This document shows, piece by piece, positions 31,256 through 41,783 of a stretch of DNA of 64,000 nucleotides. The notes under the pieces were generated by a model. That model searched no databases. It worked only from the letters and a program-made list of their open reading frames with translations, and was not told the origin of the DNA. How positions within the stretch are numbered: the stretch's first letter is position 1; each line of letters starts with the position of its first letter. The stretch lies in the IMG/VR virus record IMGVR_UViG_3300023174_000096, positions 32,001-96,000 of that record. One strand, 5' to 3'. The stretch comes from a virus. A program made the translations under genes and the position numbers.

Positions 31256-31561
31256 TCAGACGGGAGGTTTGCCGCGAAAGGCACGGATGCTGGGGGCGTT
31301 GGTTTCCACGACCTCCTTCGACCCGTCTTCCCACTGGATGAGAGACTTGAAGGGCTTCGCGGAGGTCATCTTGAGGATCGTCCCGTAGACCGATCCGGTT
31401 CCCTTGGCGTCCGACTTGACCACAGAATACCCGACCTTCCAAGGTGAGGTGGCACCCTTCCCCGGAATAGCCGCTTCTTTGAGGAGGGGCAGGAGGTGCG
31501 GACGAAGTTCGGGCTGTTGGTGCGCCAGCCGGATGACCTTGGAACGGAGAGTGTTGCTCAT
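31256..31561 (-). CDS. Leader-bearing small protein with SH3/KOW-like barrel
   Basis: [30 protein letters not shown]|A...WKVGYSV...IQWEDG. Confidence 0.75.
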   Translation of the reverse strand: MSNTLRSKVIRLAHQQPELRPHLLPLLKEAAIPGKGATSPWKVGYSVVKSDAKGTGSVYGTILKMTSAKPFKSLIQWEDGSKEVVETNAPSIRAFRGKPPV

Positions 31562-31606
31562 GATGCCTCAATGGCGTGATGGAATAGACTCTCAAACGTC
31601 TGGGAC

Positions 31607-34600
31607 TCAGCCCCACACCTGTTGCTGGCTCCCGTCCACCCAGACGGTGACCACTCCCGGTGCCGCGCCCGTTCGCAGGACGAAGAGGGTCTGGCGGAAG
31701 GTCGTGCCCTCGTCGGTGCCCCGCACCACGCCATCGGAGGGACCCACGGCGTAGAGCATCCGGGGCTCTGCGTTGGTGGTGGTGGGTGACCCTTGGCCCG
31801 AGAACGGGATCACCGTCCCGGTCCCCGTGATGAACGAGTACGTCCCGAGGGGGCCACCATCGAAGCCGTTGCCCGACGCGAGCAGGGCGTAGCGGTAGGT
31901 GCCGGGGCCGCGCCCACGTCTGACCGCGCCCATGCCCGCGTAGTTGTCGTTGAGGTAGCTGCCCGCGAAGGCGAACTCGGTCGCGCCCCAAGAACCGTTC
32001 GGGCCGGGACCGCCCTCGCAGTACGAAGACAACCGCCCTCTCTGCCCGCCGTCCTCGATCTGAAAGAACTCCAGCCGCTCGTACAGGTACTCCGGGTCGT
32101 CATCGAAGCGCCGCACGAGGTACTGGTCGCGGAAGGCGTAGTCGGGGTCGAGCGGGACGGCAGTCCCCACGGGCACTGGGAGAGCGGGCGTCGGCCCACC
32201 GTCGCCCGAGGCCGTCGAGGCGATATCCGTGGGGAGGGTCACCGTGGGCGGCGCGCTCCCAGCTTGGGACTGCTGGAACGTGGGCGTCCCCTCGTTCAAG
32301 ATCGTCTGCGACTCAGGGAAGGGCTGAGATTGCAGGTAGGTATTGGTGACGGGCTTTGCCGGGGCAAAGACCACGTTCACCGGGTGGTTCCGGGTGGGCA
32401 AAGCCACCGAGAGCGTGAGCTCTTGGCTGTCCTTGTTGAACCGCCAGAGGTTGAACGGGAGGGTCGCCCCGTCCACTCGCACGGCAAACACCCTATCCGC
32501 GAAGATGTGACAGGGACGGAGGGACACCCGCTGCGGCGTGACGCTGGCGACCACCACTTCTTGGGGCGTCGTGTCCTTGAGGTAGTCGCCGCTGTTGACC
32601 ACGTTCCAGCGGTTCAGCACCATCCCCTGCGGCGCGCTGTAGTCCACGGACGTGTTGGTGAACACACGGTAGCGGACATCATCCCAGACGGAGAGCACCG
32701 AGCCCGAGGGGTTGAGCGGTCCGAAGAGGGCCGTCCCAAACTTCTCCGTGGGGGTCACCCTTGGGAGTCGCCCGTACTCGACGCGCACCCAACCCGCCGT
32801 GGGGTCCAACGACTGCGTGGCGAAGTCGTTCGCGTAACCGGGCGGGGCAGGGATGTCCGGGCGAATGAGGGTCGCGCCGAAGGTCGGGTCCATGAACAGC
32901 CGCACCCAGCACCGCACCGACCAATCCATCGAGGTGATGGTGGAGGAGGGATCACTGTTCGGGACGTTCAGCCCGTCCGTGCGGGGGAGCGCCCAGTTGT
33001 TGATGTCCGCCTCGTCGCCGCCCAGAAAGAGGCCCATCGTGCGGAAGAGGTTGGGAATCCCTTCCTCCGTCCCGCCGTAGCACACGCTCCGAAGGGACGC
33101 GCTGAACGACCCACCCGCCGGGGCGTCATGGAGAACTTGCACCTGCCCCGCGCCAGCCCCGAAGGCCCCGATGGGCACCGTGGCTTGGAGGGTGCCCTCG
33201 ATGAAGAGGTCCACCGTGGCCGCGCCCACGTTGTAGACGAGTCGGTAGGTCCGTGCTGCACCATCGTCCCACGGGATGGTTACAATCACCACCGCCCCTC
33301 CGTTGGGTGCAGGAGAGAGGACGATGCACCCCGCACGGAAGTCGAGGTACACGTCGTTGCCGCCGAAGGTGCCCGCGAAGGTGAGCCCGCATCGACCCGC
33401 GCCGTCCAAGGTGAAGTCCGTGAGGGCCACACGGAACTCCAAGAAGCGCCCGACGCACGGTGAGTAGTAGGGCACCAGCGTGCGGTAGAACGACCAAGCG
33501 TTGTTCCCGTCCCCCGTCAGGAGCATCTCCGGGCCGTTCGGGAAAGCACCCCCGGCGTTCCCTTCCCACCCTTGTTGGTGGTAGGGCACCGAGCCCACGA
33601 GGGACACCGTGTCGAGACGGTGGATGCGCTTGCCGAGCGCGCCTTGGTTCTCGTACCGGAGGGTCGCCGCCCGAGCCTCACGGTGGGTGTCCCGCATCAC
33701 CAACGTGCTCCCGCCCACACCCGCCGTGTCTCGCGCGACGGTGAACCTCCCGTCGAGGGCCGAGACGCGCCGCCCGGTAAGGAAGGGGTCCGTGTAGCCG
33801 TAGCCGTAGTAGGTGCCGAGGCCCGCGTCGGCGGGCGTGCTGGTGATCGCCACCGAGGCACCCGAGGTGCGAGTGTCCCCGAAGGGCGTGGCGAGATACC
33901 AATCCCCGTGCTCCGGGTCCGTGGCCGTGCCCGTGAAGCCCGTGGGCACCATGCGCCCCGCGCTCACCGACGTGACCGTGATGCTGGCCCCGGGAGAGCC
34001 ACTGGAGTTCGTGGTGATGGTGACGAGCGCCCCGGCGCTGGTGGCCGACAGGTAGTTGGGCGCGAGCACACTGGCGTTGATCGCCGCTGCCAAGTTCTCT
34101 GCGGTCGCGGTCAGGGACGACCCAATCGCGAAGTTGGTCCCCGCCGTGAGCGTCACCACAGGGCCGAGCACTGGTGCCGCCGAGGCATTGAGGGTGACCG
34201 TGTCCCCCGCGAGCGGGAGCGCCGTGAGCCGCACCGTGGCCGTGGCCCACTGCGAGTCCACCACCGTCCCCCGCGCGTAGGTGTACGCGCCGTCAGGGGT
34301 GCTGGCCACCCGCACGAAGTCCCACGTCGTGTCGTTGGTCGCCGCCCGGTCGATGGAGCCCCAGACCATGCGGCCAAAGCCCTCTGGGAGGATGTCGGGA
34401 CCGAGGTAAGCGGGCGAGGCCAAGATCCCGGTGCCGACCGAGGTGGTCGAGCCCGAGGCACCGCCAAACACCACGGTGACCGTCTGGCTCCGGGTGTTCG
34501 CGTACATCCGCCATGTGGAAAGACCCTCGTCCCAAGGGGTGTCGAAGTACAGGGTCACGTCCCGGTTGCCGAAGAGTTCGGGATTCGCCGGGAACACGGG

Positions 34601-37279
34601 CGACACCACCAAGAAGGTCTGCCCGGTGCGGGACGACTGATAGAAGTCCTCGACCGTGTAGACCCCCGTCTGCGTCCCCGTGAGAACTTGGAACTTGTCG
34701 CCCACGGACAGGAGCGTCGGGAGGCTGGTCGTCGGGACGGTCACCACCCCCTGCGTCGCGCCAAACTCCGGTCGCTGGACCCGTCCCTCTGCGGACGGCC
34801 CCACCTTCCAAGAGCCCACGCTGGAGATATCCCCCGGTCGGAGGAGAATCCCGACGTGACGGAGCACCTCACCCGTCAGCGGGTTCGGCACCTCCAGTGC
34901 GCCCACGAAGAACAACCGCTGGTTGTTGTGGAACCCGAAGCCAACCCCCGTGAACACCCCGTCTGGATTGGCCTTGTTGACTTGGATGCGCGCCGCGAGG
35001 GACACGTTCGTGCTGGTCGGCAGCGGGAAGTCTCTCTTCCAGTACGCCACCGTCGTCGGGCTGTTGTCCACGAGGGTGTAGTAGCCGTCGTCCGAGACGA
35101 ACCCCTGCGGAGTGCCGACATCCACCCAAGGGAACGTCGGGAAGACCTCGCCCTCAAAGCGGAAGCTCTGGGGCGACACGTCGGCCACGGCATACGGGAC
35201 AGACACCCTCCCCGGCGCTTGGTTGAGCAGCATCGTGGTCGGGGAGTTGAGGCTCGCCGTGTAGCCCTTCTCAAACCCGATGAACCGATGTGCAATCTGG
35301 AGCGAAGGCAGTCGTCGGGGATACCGCCCGAGAGCCACTCCCATCTGGAAGCGCGTCGAGGGGAGGCCCCCGTACAGGCCCGACGAGGGCTCCAGCACTG
35401 TGGTGGTCGCGTTGCGCCCCCGTCGCAGGGACCACTTGTTGAGGGTCAGCCCCTTGGTGTTGAGACCCTTCAGCCCCTCGACAGGGCTGGGGAACCAAGT
35501 GTAGGACACCGTCACCGTGTGCGCCCCGGGCGCAAAGCTCGTGATCGGCGCGGCGAGAGTGATGACCCCCGTGTAGGGGTTGAGGGCACTGACCGTGACG
35601 GGCACGCCGTCGTAGAGGACGGTGACATCCGACACCTCTGCGGGAGTGCCATCGCCCCAAGGCTTCACCAAGGGGCCGAGGGACGTGGACAGGGAGTCGA
35701 AGGTCAGCACCCCGTCCCCAAAGAACTGAATCGCCACGTCCTCGTTGGCCACCGGGATGGGCACCCGCACGCCGAGGTGGTCCACGTTGACCGTGTAGGA
35801 GATCCCCGTGCCGGGGGTCATGATGCGCGGCAGCACCCGAAGGTAGGACGGCGCGGGACGGACAGACGTGCTTGGGCCGAGGGGTAGAAGCCCACCCGTG
35901 AAGCCCACGGGGCCACCGTTGAGGCCGAGGAGCGTCTCCAAGAGGTAGGTGCCAGCGTTCGGTCCCGTGGTGATCGTGAGGGTCTCGCCCTCGACGCACG
36001 GGGCAAAATTCTGGGTGGTGTCCGTGAACGCCCCTTGGCTCACCGTCACGAAGCCCGTGAGGCCCGTGGGAGACGTGGTGTACGCGCGCGGCACCGGGTC
36101 GTCGCCGTAGGGGAAGGGCACCACCGCTGTCACCCGGTAGCGGTTCTCGCGGGGAGTTCCGGGAGAGGGGGCGACGACGGGCACCACCAGTTCCGCGCCC
36201 AACCTCACCGAGCGGAACGACAGGGTGGGGTCGTGGAACAGGTAGCGGTCGGCACCCACCACACCGTTGGTGCCCGTGAGGGCGCGGATGCCCGAGCAGT
36301 CGTGACGGAAGTCCTCGTAGTAGTACGAGGTCAGGTCCATCGCGGTTACTTGGTCGGTGATGAGCCCCCGAAGATTCTCGCGGAAGAGATTTCTGTACTC
36401 GTACAGGGTCGCAGCGGGGCTGAGAGCCTGTAGGACGAGAGCGACGTTGCGCTGGAGCACCACCGGGAGGTCGGGGAAGGTGGAGAGCAGGTCGTGCGTG
36501 TGCTGCGACTGTCCCGTGCCCGCCGCGTCGATCACCACGAAGTCCACGATGCTGTGGGCGTGGGCGGGACCGCTCCCCGAGGCGTACACGGGGTCCACGG
36601 TCTGACCCGCGCCGAGCGCGTTGACGGTGACGGTGTGGTAGTGCTCCGTGACCGAGAGAGCCGTGGTCGAGAGGGTGCGGTTGTACTTCTCGACGCTCAC
36701 CTCAAAGGCGAACTGGTCGGCCATCGTCCAGAGGACACCGGGCTCGTCCAAGAACAGCACCTTCTGGAGAAGCGTGATGTTCGCGTCGGTGAGCGCCTCG
36801 ACCCCCTGTACCAGCGTCACGCCCTTTGACCCCTGCAACAGCAGGGCGACCATGCGCTTGAGGAACTCCCGGTAGCTGATGTCGCCATTGATTTCCGGGA
36901 GGCCCGCGTTGGGGGCGTCGGGGAACACCAGCGTGGCGAGGAATTGGTACAGAACCTCCGTGCGGGTGAAGTCGTAGTCGCTGTCCTCGTAGGCGTCGGC
37001 CAAGAGAACTTGGATCTTGGCGAGCTCCTCCGCGACGGCTTGGAACTGCTGGACGTAGTAGGGACCCTTGGTCTGCGAGACGTAGTTGCTGGGCAGGGAG
37101 TTCAGGAACACCCGCACGATCTGGTCGGCCAGCGCCCGCACGCGGTCGAGGTCGATCTGCCCGTGAAGGTTGAAGGGCGCGGGGTTCTGCGGTTCCGGTC
37201 CGTAGACGAACGGCGGGAAGAACCTGTACAGGCCGAAGATGTTGGGCTGCGCCGGGAGCTTCACGGTCACTGGTATCAC
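31607..37279 (-). CDS. Baseplate wedge/tail protein (1890 aa; tail-I/gp7-like N-terminus)
   Basis: SYREFLKRMVALLLQGSK...VEALT; GTGA-coupled downstream of the baseplate J-like gene. Confidence 0.75.
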   Translation of the reverse strand: MIPVTVKLPAQPNIFGLYRFFPPFVYGPEPQNPAPFNLHGQIDLDRVRALADQIVRVFLNSLPSNYVSQTKGPYYVQQFQAVAEELAKIQVLLADAYEDSDYDFTRTEVLYQFLATLVFPDAPNAGLPEINGDISYREFLKRMVALLLQGSKGVTLVQGVEALTDANITLLQKVLFLDEPGVLWTMADQFAFEVSVEKYNRTLSTTALSVTEHYHTVTVNALGAGQTVDPVYASGSGPAHAHSIVDFVVIDAAGTGQSQHTHDLLSTFPDLPVVLQRNVALVLQALSPAATLYEYRNLFRENLRGLITDQVTAMDLTSYYYEDFRHDCSGIRALTGTNGVVGADRYLFHDPTLSFRSVRLGAELVVPVVAPSPGTPRENRYRVTAVVPFPYGDDPVPRAYTTSPTGLTGFVTVSQGAFTDTTQNFAPCVEGETLTITTGPNAGTYLLETLLGLNGGPVGFTGGLLPLGPSTSVRPAPSYLRVLPRIMTPGTGISYTVNVDHLGVRVPIPVANEDVAIQFFGDGVLTFDSLSTSLGPLVKPWGDGTPAEVSDVTVLYDGVPVTVSALNPYTGVITLAAPITSFAPGAHTVTVSYTWFPSPVEGLKGLNTKGLTLNKWSLRRGRNATTTVLEPSSGLYGGLPSTRFQMGVALGRYPRRLPSLQIAHRFIGFEKGYTASLNSPTTMLLNQAPGRVSVPYAVADVSPQSFRFEGEVFPTFPWVDVGTPQGFVSDDGYYTLVDNSPTTVAYWKRDFPLPTSTNVSLAARIQVNKANPDGVFTGVGFGFHNNQRLFFVGALEVPNPLTGEVLRHVGILLRPGDISSVGSWKVGPSAEGRVQRPEFGATQGVVTVPTTSLPTLLSVGDKFQVLTGTQTGVYTVEDFYQSSRTGQTFLVVSPVFPANPELFGNRDVTLYFDTPWDEGLSTWRMYANTRSQTVTVVFGGASGSTTSVGTGILASPAYLGPDILPEGFGRMVWGSIDRAATNDTTWDFVRVASTPDGAYTYARGTVVDSQWATATVRLTALPLAGDTVTLNASAAPVLGPVVTLTAGTNFAIGSSLTATAENLAAAINASVLAPNYLSATSAGALVTITTNSSGSPGASITVTSVSAGRMVPTGFTGTATDPEHGDWYLATPFGDTRTSGASVAITSTPADAGLGTYYGYGYTDPFLTGRRVSALDGRFTVARDTAGVGGSTLVMRDTHREARAATLRYENQGALGKRIHRLDTVSLVGSVPYHQQGWEGNAGGAFPNGPEMLLTGDGNNAWSFYRTLVPYYSPCVGRFLEFRVALTDFTLDGAGRCGLTFAGTFGGNDVYLDFRAGCIVLSPAPNGGAVVIVTIPWDDGAARTYRLVYNVGAATVDLFIEGTLQATVPIGAFGAGAGQVQVLHDAPAGGSFSASLRSVCYGGTEEGIPNLFRTMGLFLGGDEADINNWALPRTDGLNVPNSDPSSTITSMDWSVRCWVRLFMDPTFGATLIRPDIPAPPGYANDFATQSLDPTAGWVRVEYGRLPRVTPTEKFGTALFGPLNPSGSVLSVWDDVRYRVFTNTSVDYSAPQGMVLNRWNVVNSGDYLKDTTPQEVVVASVTPQRVSLRPCHIFADRVFAVRVDGATLPFNLWRFNKDSQELTLSVALPTRNHPVNVVFAPAKPVTNTYLQSQPFPESQTILNEGTPTFQQSQAGSAPPTVTLPTDIASTASGDGGPTPALPVPVGTAVPLDPDYAFRDQYLVRRFDDDPEYLYERLEFFQIEDGGQRGRLSSYCEGGPGPNGSWGATEFAFAGSYLNDNYAGMGAVRRGRGPGTYRYALLASGNGFDGGPLGTYSFITGTGTVIPFSGQGSPTTTNAEPRMLYAVGPSDGVVRGTDEGTTFRQTLFVLRTGAAPGVVTVWVDGSQQQVWG

Positions 37280-40200
37280 CTATCGTTGTCGTAAGTGAAC
37301 GTCACATCACCGAGGACGAGATACTCCATCGAGTTGGGGTCGATGTCTTTGTCCCCCAAATCCGTCGCGGTGATGTAGGTACACCAGTAGGTGTGGTTCG
37401 ACGGCGCGTCCCCCACGGGGAGGGACACCAGCACTCGATTCCTTACGGAGCCAGTGCCCGTCCCGTAACCGGGAATCACCTGCCCGTCCGCCCCGATGAT
37501 GTAGGCTTGGTTGGGCCGCATCCCGAGGTTCTGGGGCGCGGTCACTTGCAGTGTGAGCTCCGCGTCGTCTTGGAAGACCCCACGGAACTCATTGGGAGGC
37601 CCGCCACCCGTGAGCGTCGGCGCGTCGAGTTCTTGGAGAATCAGCCACACGGCGTACTGACCGTTGGACCATGCGTTCACTCGGAACGAGTCCCCGAAGG
37701 TCGCCGTGGACAGGTCATTGCGGACGATCTGGTAGCCCGCCTGACGGACCATCTTGGTGAGCGGGACGACGACGTAAGAGACGCCCGCCGTCCCGTCGAT
37801 CTCCGCGATCACGTCACTCCGTCTCATCGGGTCGCCCAGCTTGAGCGTCCCGATGAGGTACTGGAGGTTGTTGCGGATCGCGATGTCCACGTTGGTGCGG
37901 TCGAAGCCCCGCTTGAGGATCACCGTGGCGGTGATGTCCACGGGGATCTGGACGGCTTGCTTCGCGAGCACATCCGACGTGGCGTGGGCCATGTCATCGA
38001 GATCCTGCTGGAGCACCGAGGTCACGAGGTTGGTCTGGTACGCCACCACAAAGTTCTCGTAGTAGCTGTACGAGATGGTCACCGTGTCACCATCCGCGAT
38101 GGCGCTCCCCTCCGTGCGTCGGATGCCCGCTGCGACGGTGCTGGACCCCTCGATGATGGTGTAGTCGGGCGATCCGCTGGGGTCGTAGGGGCCTTTGTAG
38201 GTGACCGTCCCTGATTGGTTCTTGACCACGATGGAAAGGGTCTCCGCGCCGAGGTTGTACAAGAACTCGGTGTAGAAACCCGTGACGACGTGGGGCTCGT
38301 CCACCACGGGGATGAGGTTGCCCGAGGGGGACACCACCGTGGGGTCAGCGGACTGATTGATCTGGAGGTAATCCCCCGCTCTGGTCGAGTACCCGAGGCC
38401 CAAGGGGCTGTTCGGGCGCACGAGCGTGTAGAGGGAGATGTCCACCGGGCCGATCACCTCGCCCGTCACGTTCAGAATCCCCGACACGGGCTGGCGCGTG
38501 AAGACGTGGCGATTCCCGAGACGGAACCGGAAGTCCCCCAGCACGATGTCGGTGAGGGTGACCGGAGGCTGCGGGATGGTGATGTCAAGCTGGATGGTGT
38601 TGAAGTTGAGGTAGGTGACATTCGTGAGGTCGAACGTCTCTCCCGTGGTTACATTCTTCAGCCCGAGTCCGTAGGTGGGGTAGTCGAGCATCTGGGCGAG
38701 CGGGTTGTCGGGCGTGACCTCTTCGCTCACCACCCGGAAGACGTAGTTGAGCGGGCTCCCGATCACCACGAACTGCACGTCGTTGCGGCGCTCGTAGGTG
38801 AAGGCAAAAATGTCGTTGACGGTCACGGTGCGGACACCCCGCGCCCACACGTCCACCTTGCCTCCCAAGTGACGCTTGAGGGTGGTGTCGTAGTCCCGCT
38901 GCATCAGCGGGTCGCCCGCCCGGACCACGACGTTCTGAATCGTCCCCGGCACCCCTGCCGCGACTTGGGCCATACCCTGCGTCGTCCCGGTGTCCACGGA
39001 CGCGAGGGCCGTGCGTGCCCTCGCCGCCAACTGGGCGTTGGTTTCCTCGTTGGCTCCCCCGAAGGTGGCAGCGTCGTTGGTGACGGCCATCCCGTACACG
39101 TTGGAGCCCGTCAGTTGGCGCGGTCCGACGTTGGTCACCGTCCCCACGGTCAACGCCCTCACGGGCACCGTGACCGAGTACTCCCGCGTCGAGGGGTTGT
39201 AGTAGCTGGCGAGCAGGGCCACGTCCATGACCGCCGAGCGAGACGTGCGGAACTGCACACCCCCGCCGAGGATCACGGTCCCAAGCGGGATGGTGATCGT
39301 GCGCGTCGGGGGAGACAACGTGAAGAACCGCACTTCTCCCACGGCGGGAGTGCCCGCGCGTCGGATGACCCCGAAGTTCGCCGCGATCTTGTCGAAGCTC
39401 CCGTCGATGACGCTCTGCACGTCGTCCACGTTGGAGTAGAAGAAGGCCGCTGCGAGGGCCGTCTTGTACGCCGACGAGGCGGGAGGGTTGGATACCCCCG
39501 AGCCCGTGGGGTCGTCCACCAAGAGCAGGGTGTCGAACGAGCTCGCGCGGTACACATAGTCGAGCAGCAACCGAAGGCGCTCTGCCTCCGTGGTGAACGG
39601 GTCCAAGAAGATGTCCCGCACCACCGAGCCGGGTTGGACCGCGATATCCGGGTTCTGTCGGTAGATGGTCGCGATGGCGCTCTCAAGCATCTGCTGGCGC
39701 GTGACCGCCGTGAGCCCGTTGATCTGCTGGCGCACCTGCGCTGGAGCGCCCGCCACCTCCGAGGAGAAGTAGGACTCGTACTCGACCTTGATGACCGGGT
39801 CGTAGTAGATCGCCGTCGCGACGTAGTAGAGGAGATCCGTCGAGGGGGTGCTCGCGAACACGCCGCTGAACACCGTGGCGGGGTTGGACAGGGCGTTCGC
39901 GGTGCGGACGTGCGTGAAGCTGAAGTAGTTGATCGTCGTGACCGACGACACGGACACGTTGGTGCGGATGGTGGTGATGTCACTGGGGAGCTCCACCCGC
40001 GAGTCCACGTCCGTGGACAGCACCACCTCGCTGCTGTTCTCTTGGTCGATCTTGGCGCGGTAGTAGAGGGGCGTCGCCGTCTGCGCCACTGCGTCCGCCG
40101 TGAGGGCGTACAACTCTGTCGAGTTCTGCACGGGGGTGCCCGTGGTCACCCGGTTCACGTTGATGATCCGGTAGCCGTCCGCGCCGCCCCCCTGCGTCGT

Positions 40201-40647
40201 GGCCGCGTAGAAGTTGTACCCGACGATGCGGCTATCAGTGAGCCCCTCGACCGTCACCTTCACCGAGCCGTCGAGGCGCTCGATGGTCACGCCCGTGGGA
40301 GGGAGGAACACGTCGGCCTCCTCCGGGGGGAGGAGACGGACCACCACCGTCGCCGGGACGCTGCGCCCGCCCGCGAGGTTGACCGCCCGGACTTGGATCG
40401 TGTTGTCGCCCGAGAAGAGTTCCAGCCCGGTGGGGTACGCGCTGGGGTTCGGGACGGTGAACCCCGTGCCCACGAAGGCCACGAGCGTCGGGTCAGCCGT
40501 GAAGGGTTGCCCGAAGAGAGACACCTCCACGTCCACGGTGTCGTCGGGGAGGGTGCCCGTGAAGAACCGGGTGGTCTGCGTGGTCGAGAACGTGGAGGTC
40601 TCCCGCAACACGTTGTCGGGACCAAGGAACTGCACAGAGGTCGCCAT
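37276..40647 (-). CDS. Baseplate J/gp6-like wedge protein (1123 aa)
   Basis: PGSVVRD, DKIAANFGVIR...AVGEVRF, IPLGT, GGANEETNAQLAAR, GKVDVW. Confidence 0.85.
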   Translation of the reverse strand: MATSVQFLGPDNVLRETSTFSTTQTTRFFTGTLPDDTVDVEVSLFGQPFTADPTLVAFVGTGFTVPNPSAYPTGLELFSGDNTIQVRAVNLAGGRSVPATVVVRLLPPEEADVFLPPTGVTIERLDGSVKVTVEGLTDSRIVGYNFYAATTQGGGADGYRIINVNRVTTGTPVQNSTELYALTADAVAQTATPLYYRAKIDQENSSEVVLSTDVDSRVELPSDITTIRTNVSVSSVTTINYFSFTHVRTANALSNPATVFSGVFASTPSTDLLYYVATAIYYDPVIKVEYESYFSSEVAGAPAQVRQQINGLTAVTRQQMLESAIATIYRQNPDIAVQPGSVVRDIFLDPFTTEAERLRLLLDYVYRASSFDTLLLVDDPTGSGVSNPPASSAYKTALAAAFFYSNVDDVQSVIDGSFDKIAANFGVIRRAGTPAVGEVRFFTLSPPTRTITIPLGTVILGGGVQFRTSRSAVMDVALLASYYNPSTREYSVTVPVRALTVGTVTNVGPRQLTGSNVYGMAVTNDAATFGGANEETNAQLAARARTALASVDTGTTQGMAQVAAGVPGTIQNVVVRAGDPLMQRDYDTTLKRHLGGKVDVWARGVRTVTVNDIFAFTYERRNDVQFVVIGSPLNYVFRVVSEEVTPDNPLAQMLDYPTYGLGLKNVTTGETFDLTNVTYLNFNTIQLDITIPQPPVTLTDIVLGDFRFRLGNRHVFTRQPVSGILNVTGEVIGPVDISLYTLVRPNSPLGLGYSTRAGDYLQINQSADPTVVSPSGNLIPVVDEPHVVTGFYTEFLYNLGAETLSIVVKNQSGTVTYKGPYDPSGSPDYTIIEGSSTVAAGIRRTEGSAIADGDTVTISYSYYENFVVAYQTNLVTSVLQQDLDDMAHATSDVLAKQAVQIPVDITATVILKRGFDRTNVDIAIRNNLQYLIGTLKLGDPMRRSDVIAEIDGTAGVSYVVVPLTKMVRQAGYQIVRNDLSTATFGDSFRVNAWSNGQYAVWLILQELDAPTLTGGGPPNEFRGVFQDDAELTLQVTAPQNLGMRPNQAYIIGADGQVIPGYGTGTGSVRNRVLVSLPVGDAPSNHTYWCTYITATDLGDKDIDPNSMEYLVLGDVTFTYDNDR

Positions 40648-41747
40648 CAGTAGTTCCCCAAGGACAGGCGGTTGGTTCCCGGCAGCGCGAACGTACCGGG
40701 GGCCGAGTACACGATGGAAATGGTCACGGGTTCAGACGAGTAGTTCCGCACGTCTACCTCGATGAGGAAGGTCGTGGGGTCGTTGGGGGACGGGGCCACG
40801 GCGATGTTGTCCACGGAGAAGAGCCTCTCCTTGGCCGTGACCCGCTGGTACTTGGACTGCGCGTTCTGGAGGTTCTGGAGGTTCGTGAGGGCTTGGCTCA
40901 CCGACTGACGGATGCCAATCGCCGTGCCCCCCAGCACCTTGCTCCCGATACGCGAGACGAGGTCAGACCCATACCAAGTGTGGTAGATGTTCGACCCGAG
41001 CTCCGTCAGGATCATCTTGAGGCACATCTGGTAGAGCAGGTTCTCGTCCTGCACCACCAGCGCCTCGCCCTGTGGGTCGAAGCGGTAGTCGTTCTCGACC
41101 TCCGTCGCCCTGCAACGGAGGCACAGGTACGGGGCCACAGGATACGTCACCGTGAAGAACGCTTCCTGCTTGACGACGGAGTCGAACCCGATGTAGTAAC
41201 CGAGAGAATCCACGGCGTCTTCGGGGTTGACCGCCGTGCGAGAGTAGAGCCTCCACGGGGGGATCACCGTTTTGCCACGGTCGCCGCTCTGCTGGTCGAA
41301 GCCCAAAGGCTCCAGCGCCGAGCCCGTGAGTTGAATCCTCGACGTGGGGCCGGGAGTCGCTGTGTCCGTCAGGGTGATGTACCCGTTGGGGGAGGACACC
41401 ACCACGAGCCCCCTCACTGCTGCGGTGAGGGTGGCAGACACCTGCGCCGCCGACAGGTAGCCCGACGAGAAGTTCACCGTCGCCGCGCCCGCCCCCGTGG
41501 TGAGCACCAGCGTGCGGGTAGCCGTCGTGATCTTGTAGGGCTCGCGGCGGTAGGACCGCATCGTCGCCGGGGTCACCAGCCCCGTGAAGGGGGAGACAAT
41601 GGCGTCGTCGTTGACGCGGACTTGCACCAGCGTCGGTCCAGAGATGGGCTTGGCCGTGTACAGCGTGCGTCGGTCGGTGCCGAGAGAGACCCTCTCCTCA
41701 CCGATGACGTGGCTACAAGTGAAGGCAAGCTGTACGTCGCGCGACAT
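40647..41747 (-). CDS. Baseplate wedge subunit with gp25-like C-terminal domain
   Basis: LYQMCLKMILTELGSNIYHTWYGSDL; directly upstream of the baseplate J-like gene. Confidence 0.75.
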   Translation of the reverse strand: MSRDVQLAFTCSHVIGEERVSLGTDRRTLYTAKPISGPTLVQVRVNDDAIVSPFTGLVTPATMRSYRREPYKITTATRTLVLTTGAGAATVNFSSGYLSAAQVSATLTAAVRGLVVVSSPNGYITLTDTATPGPTSRIQLTGSALEPLGFDQQSGDRGKTVIPPWRLYSRTAVNPEDAVDSLGYYIGFDSVVKQEAFFTVTYPVAPYLCLRCRATEVENDYRFDPQGEALVVQDENLLYQMCLKMILTELGSNIYHTWYGSDLVSRIGSKVLGGTAIGIRQSVSQALTNLQNLQNAQSKYQRVTAKERLFSVDNIAVAPSPNDPTTFLIEVDVRNYSSEPVTISIVYSAPGTFALPGTNRLSLGNY

Positions 41748-41783
41748 GGTTCACCGTGTGGTCGCGATAGCGGGGAAACCGCT

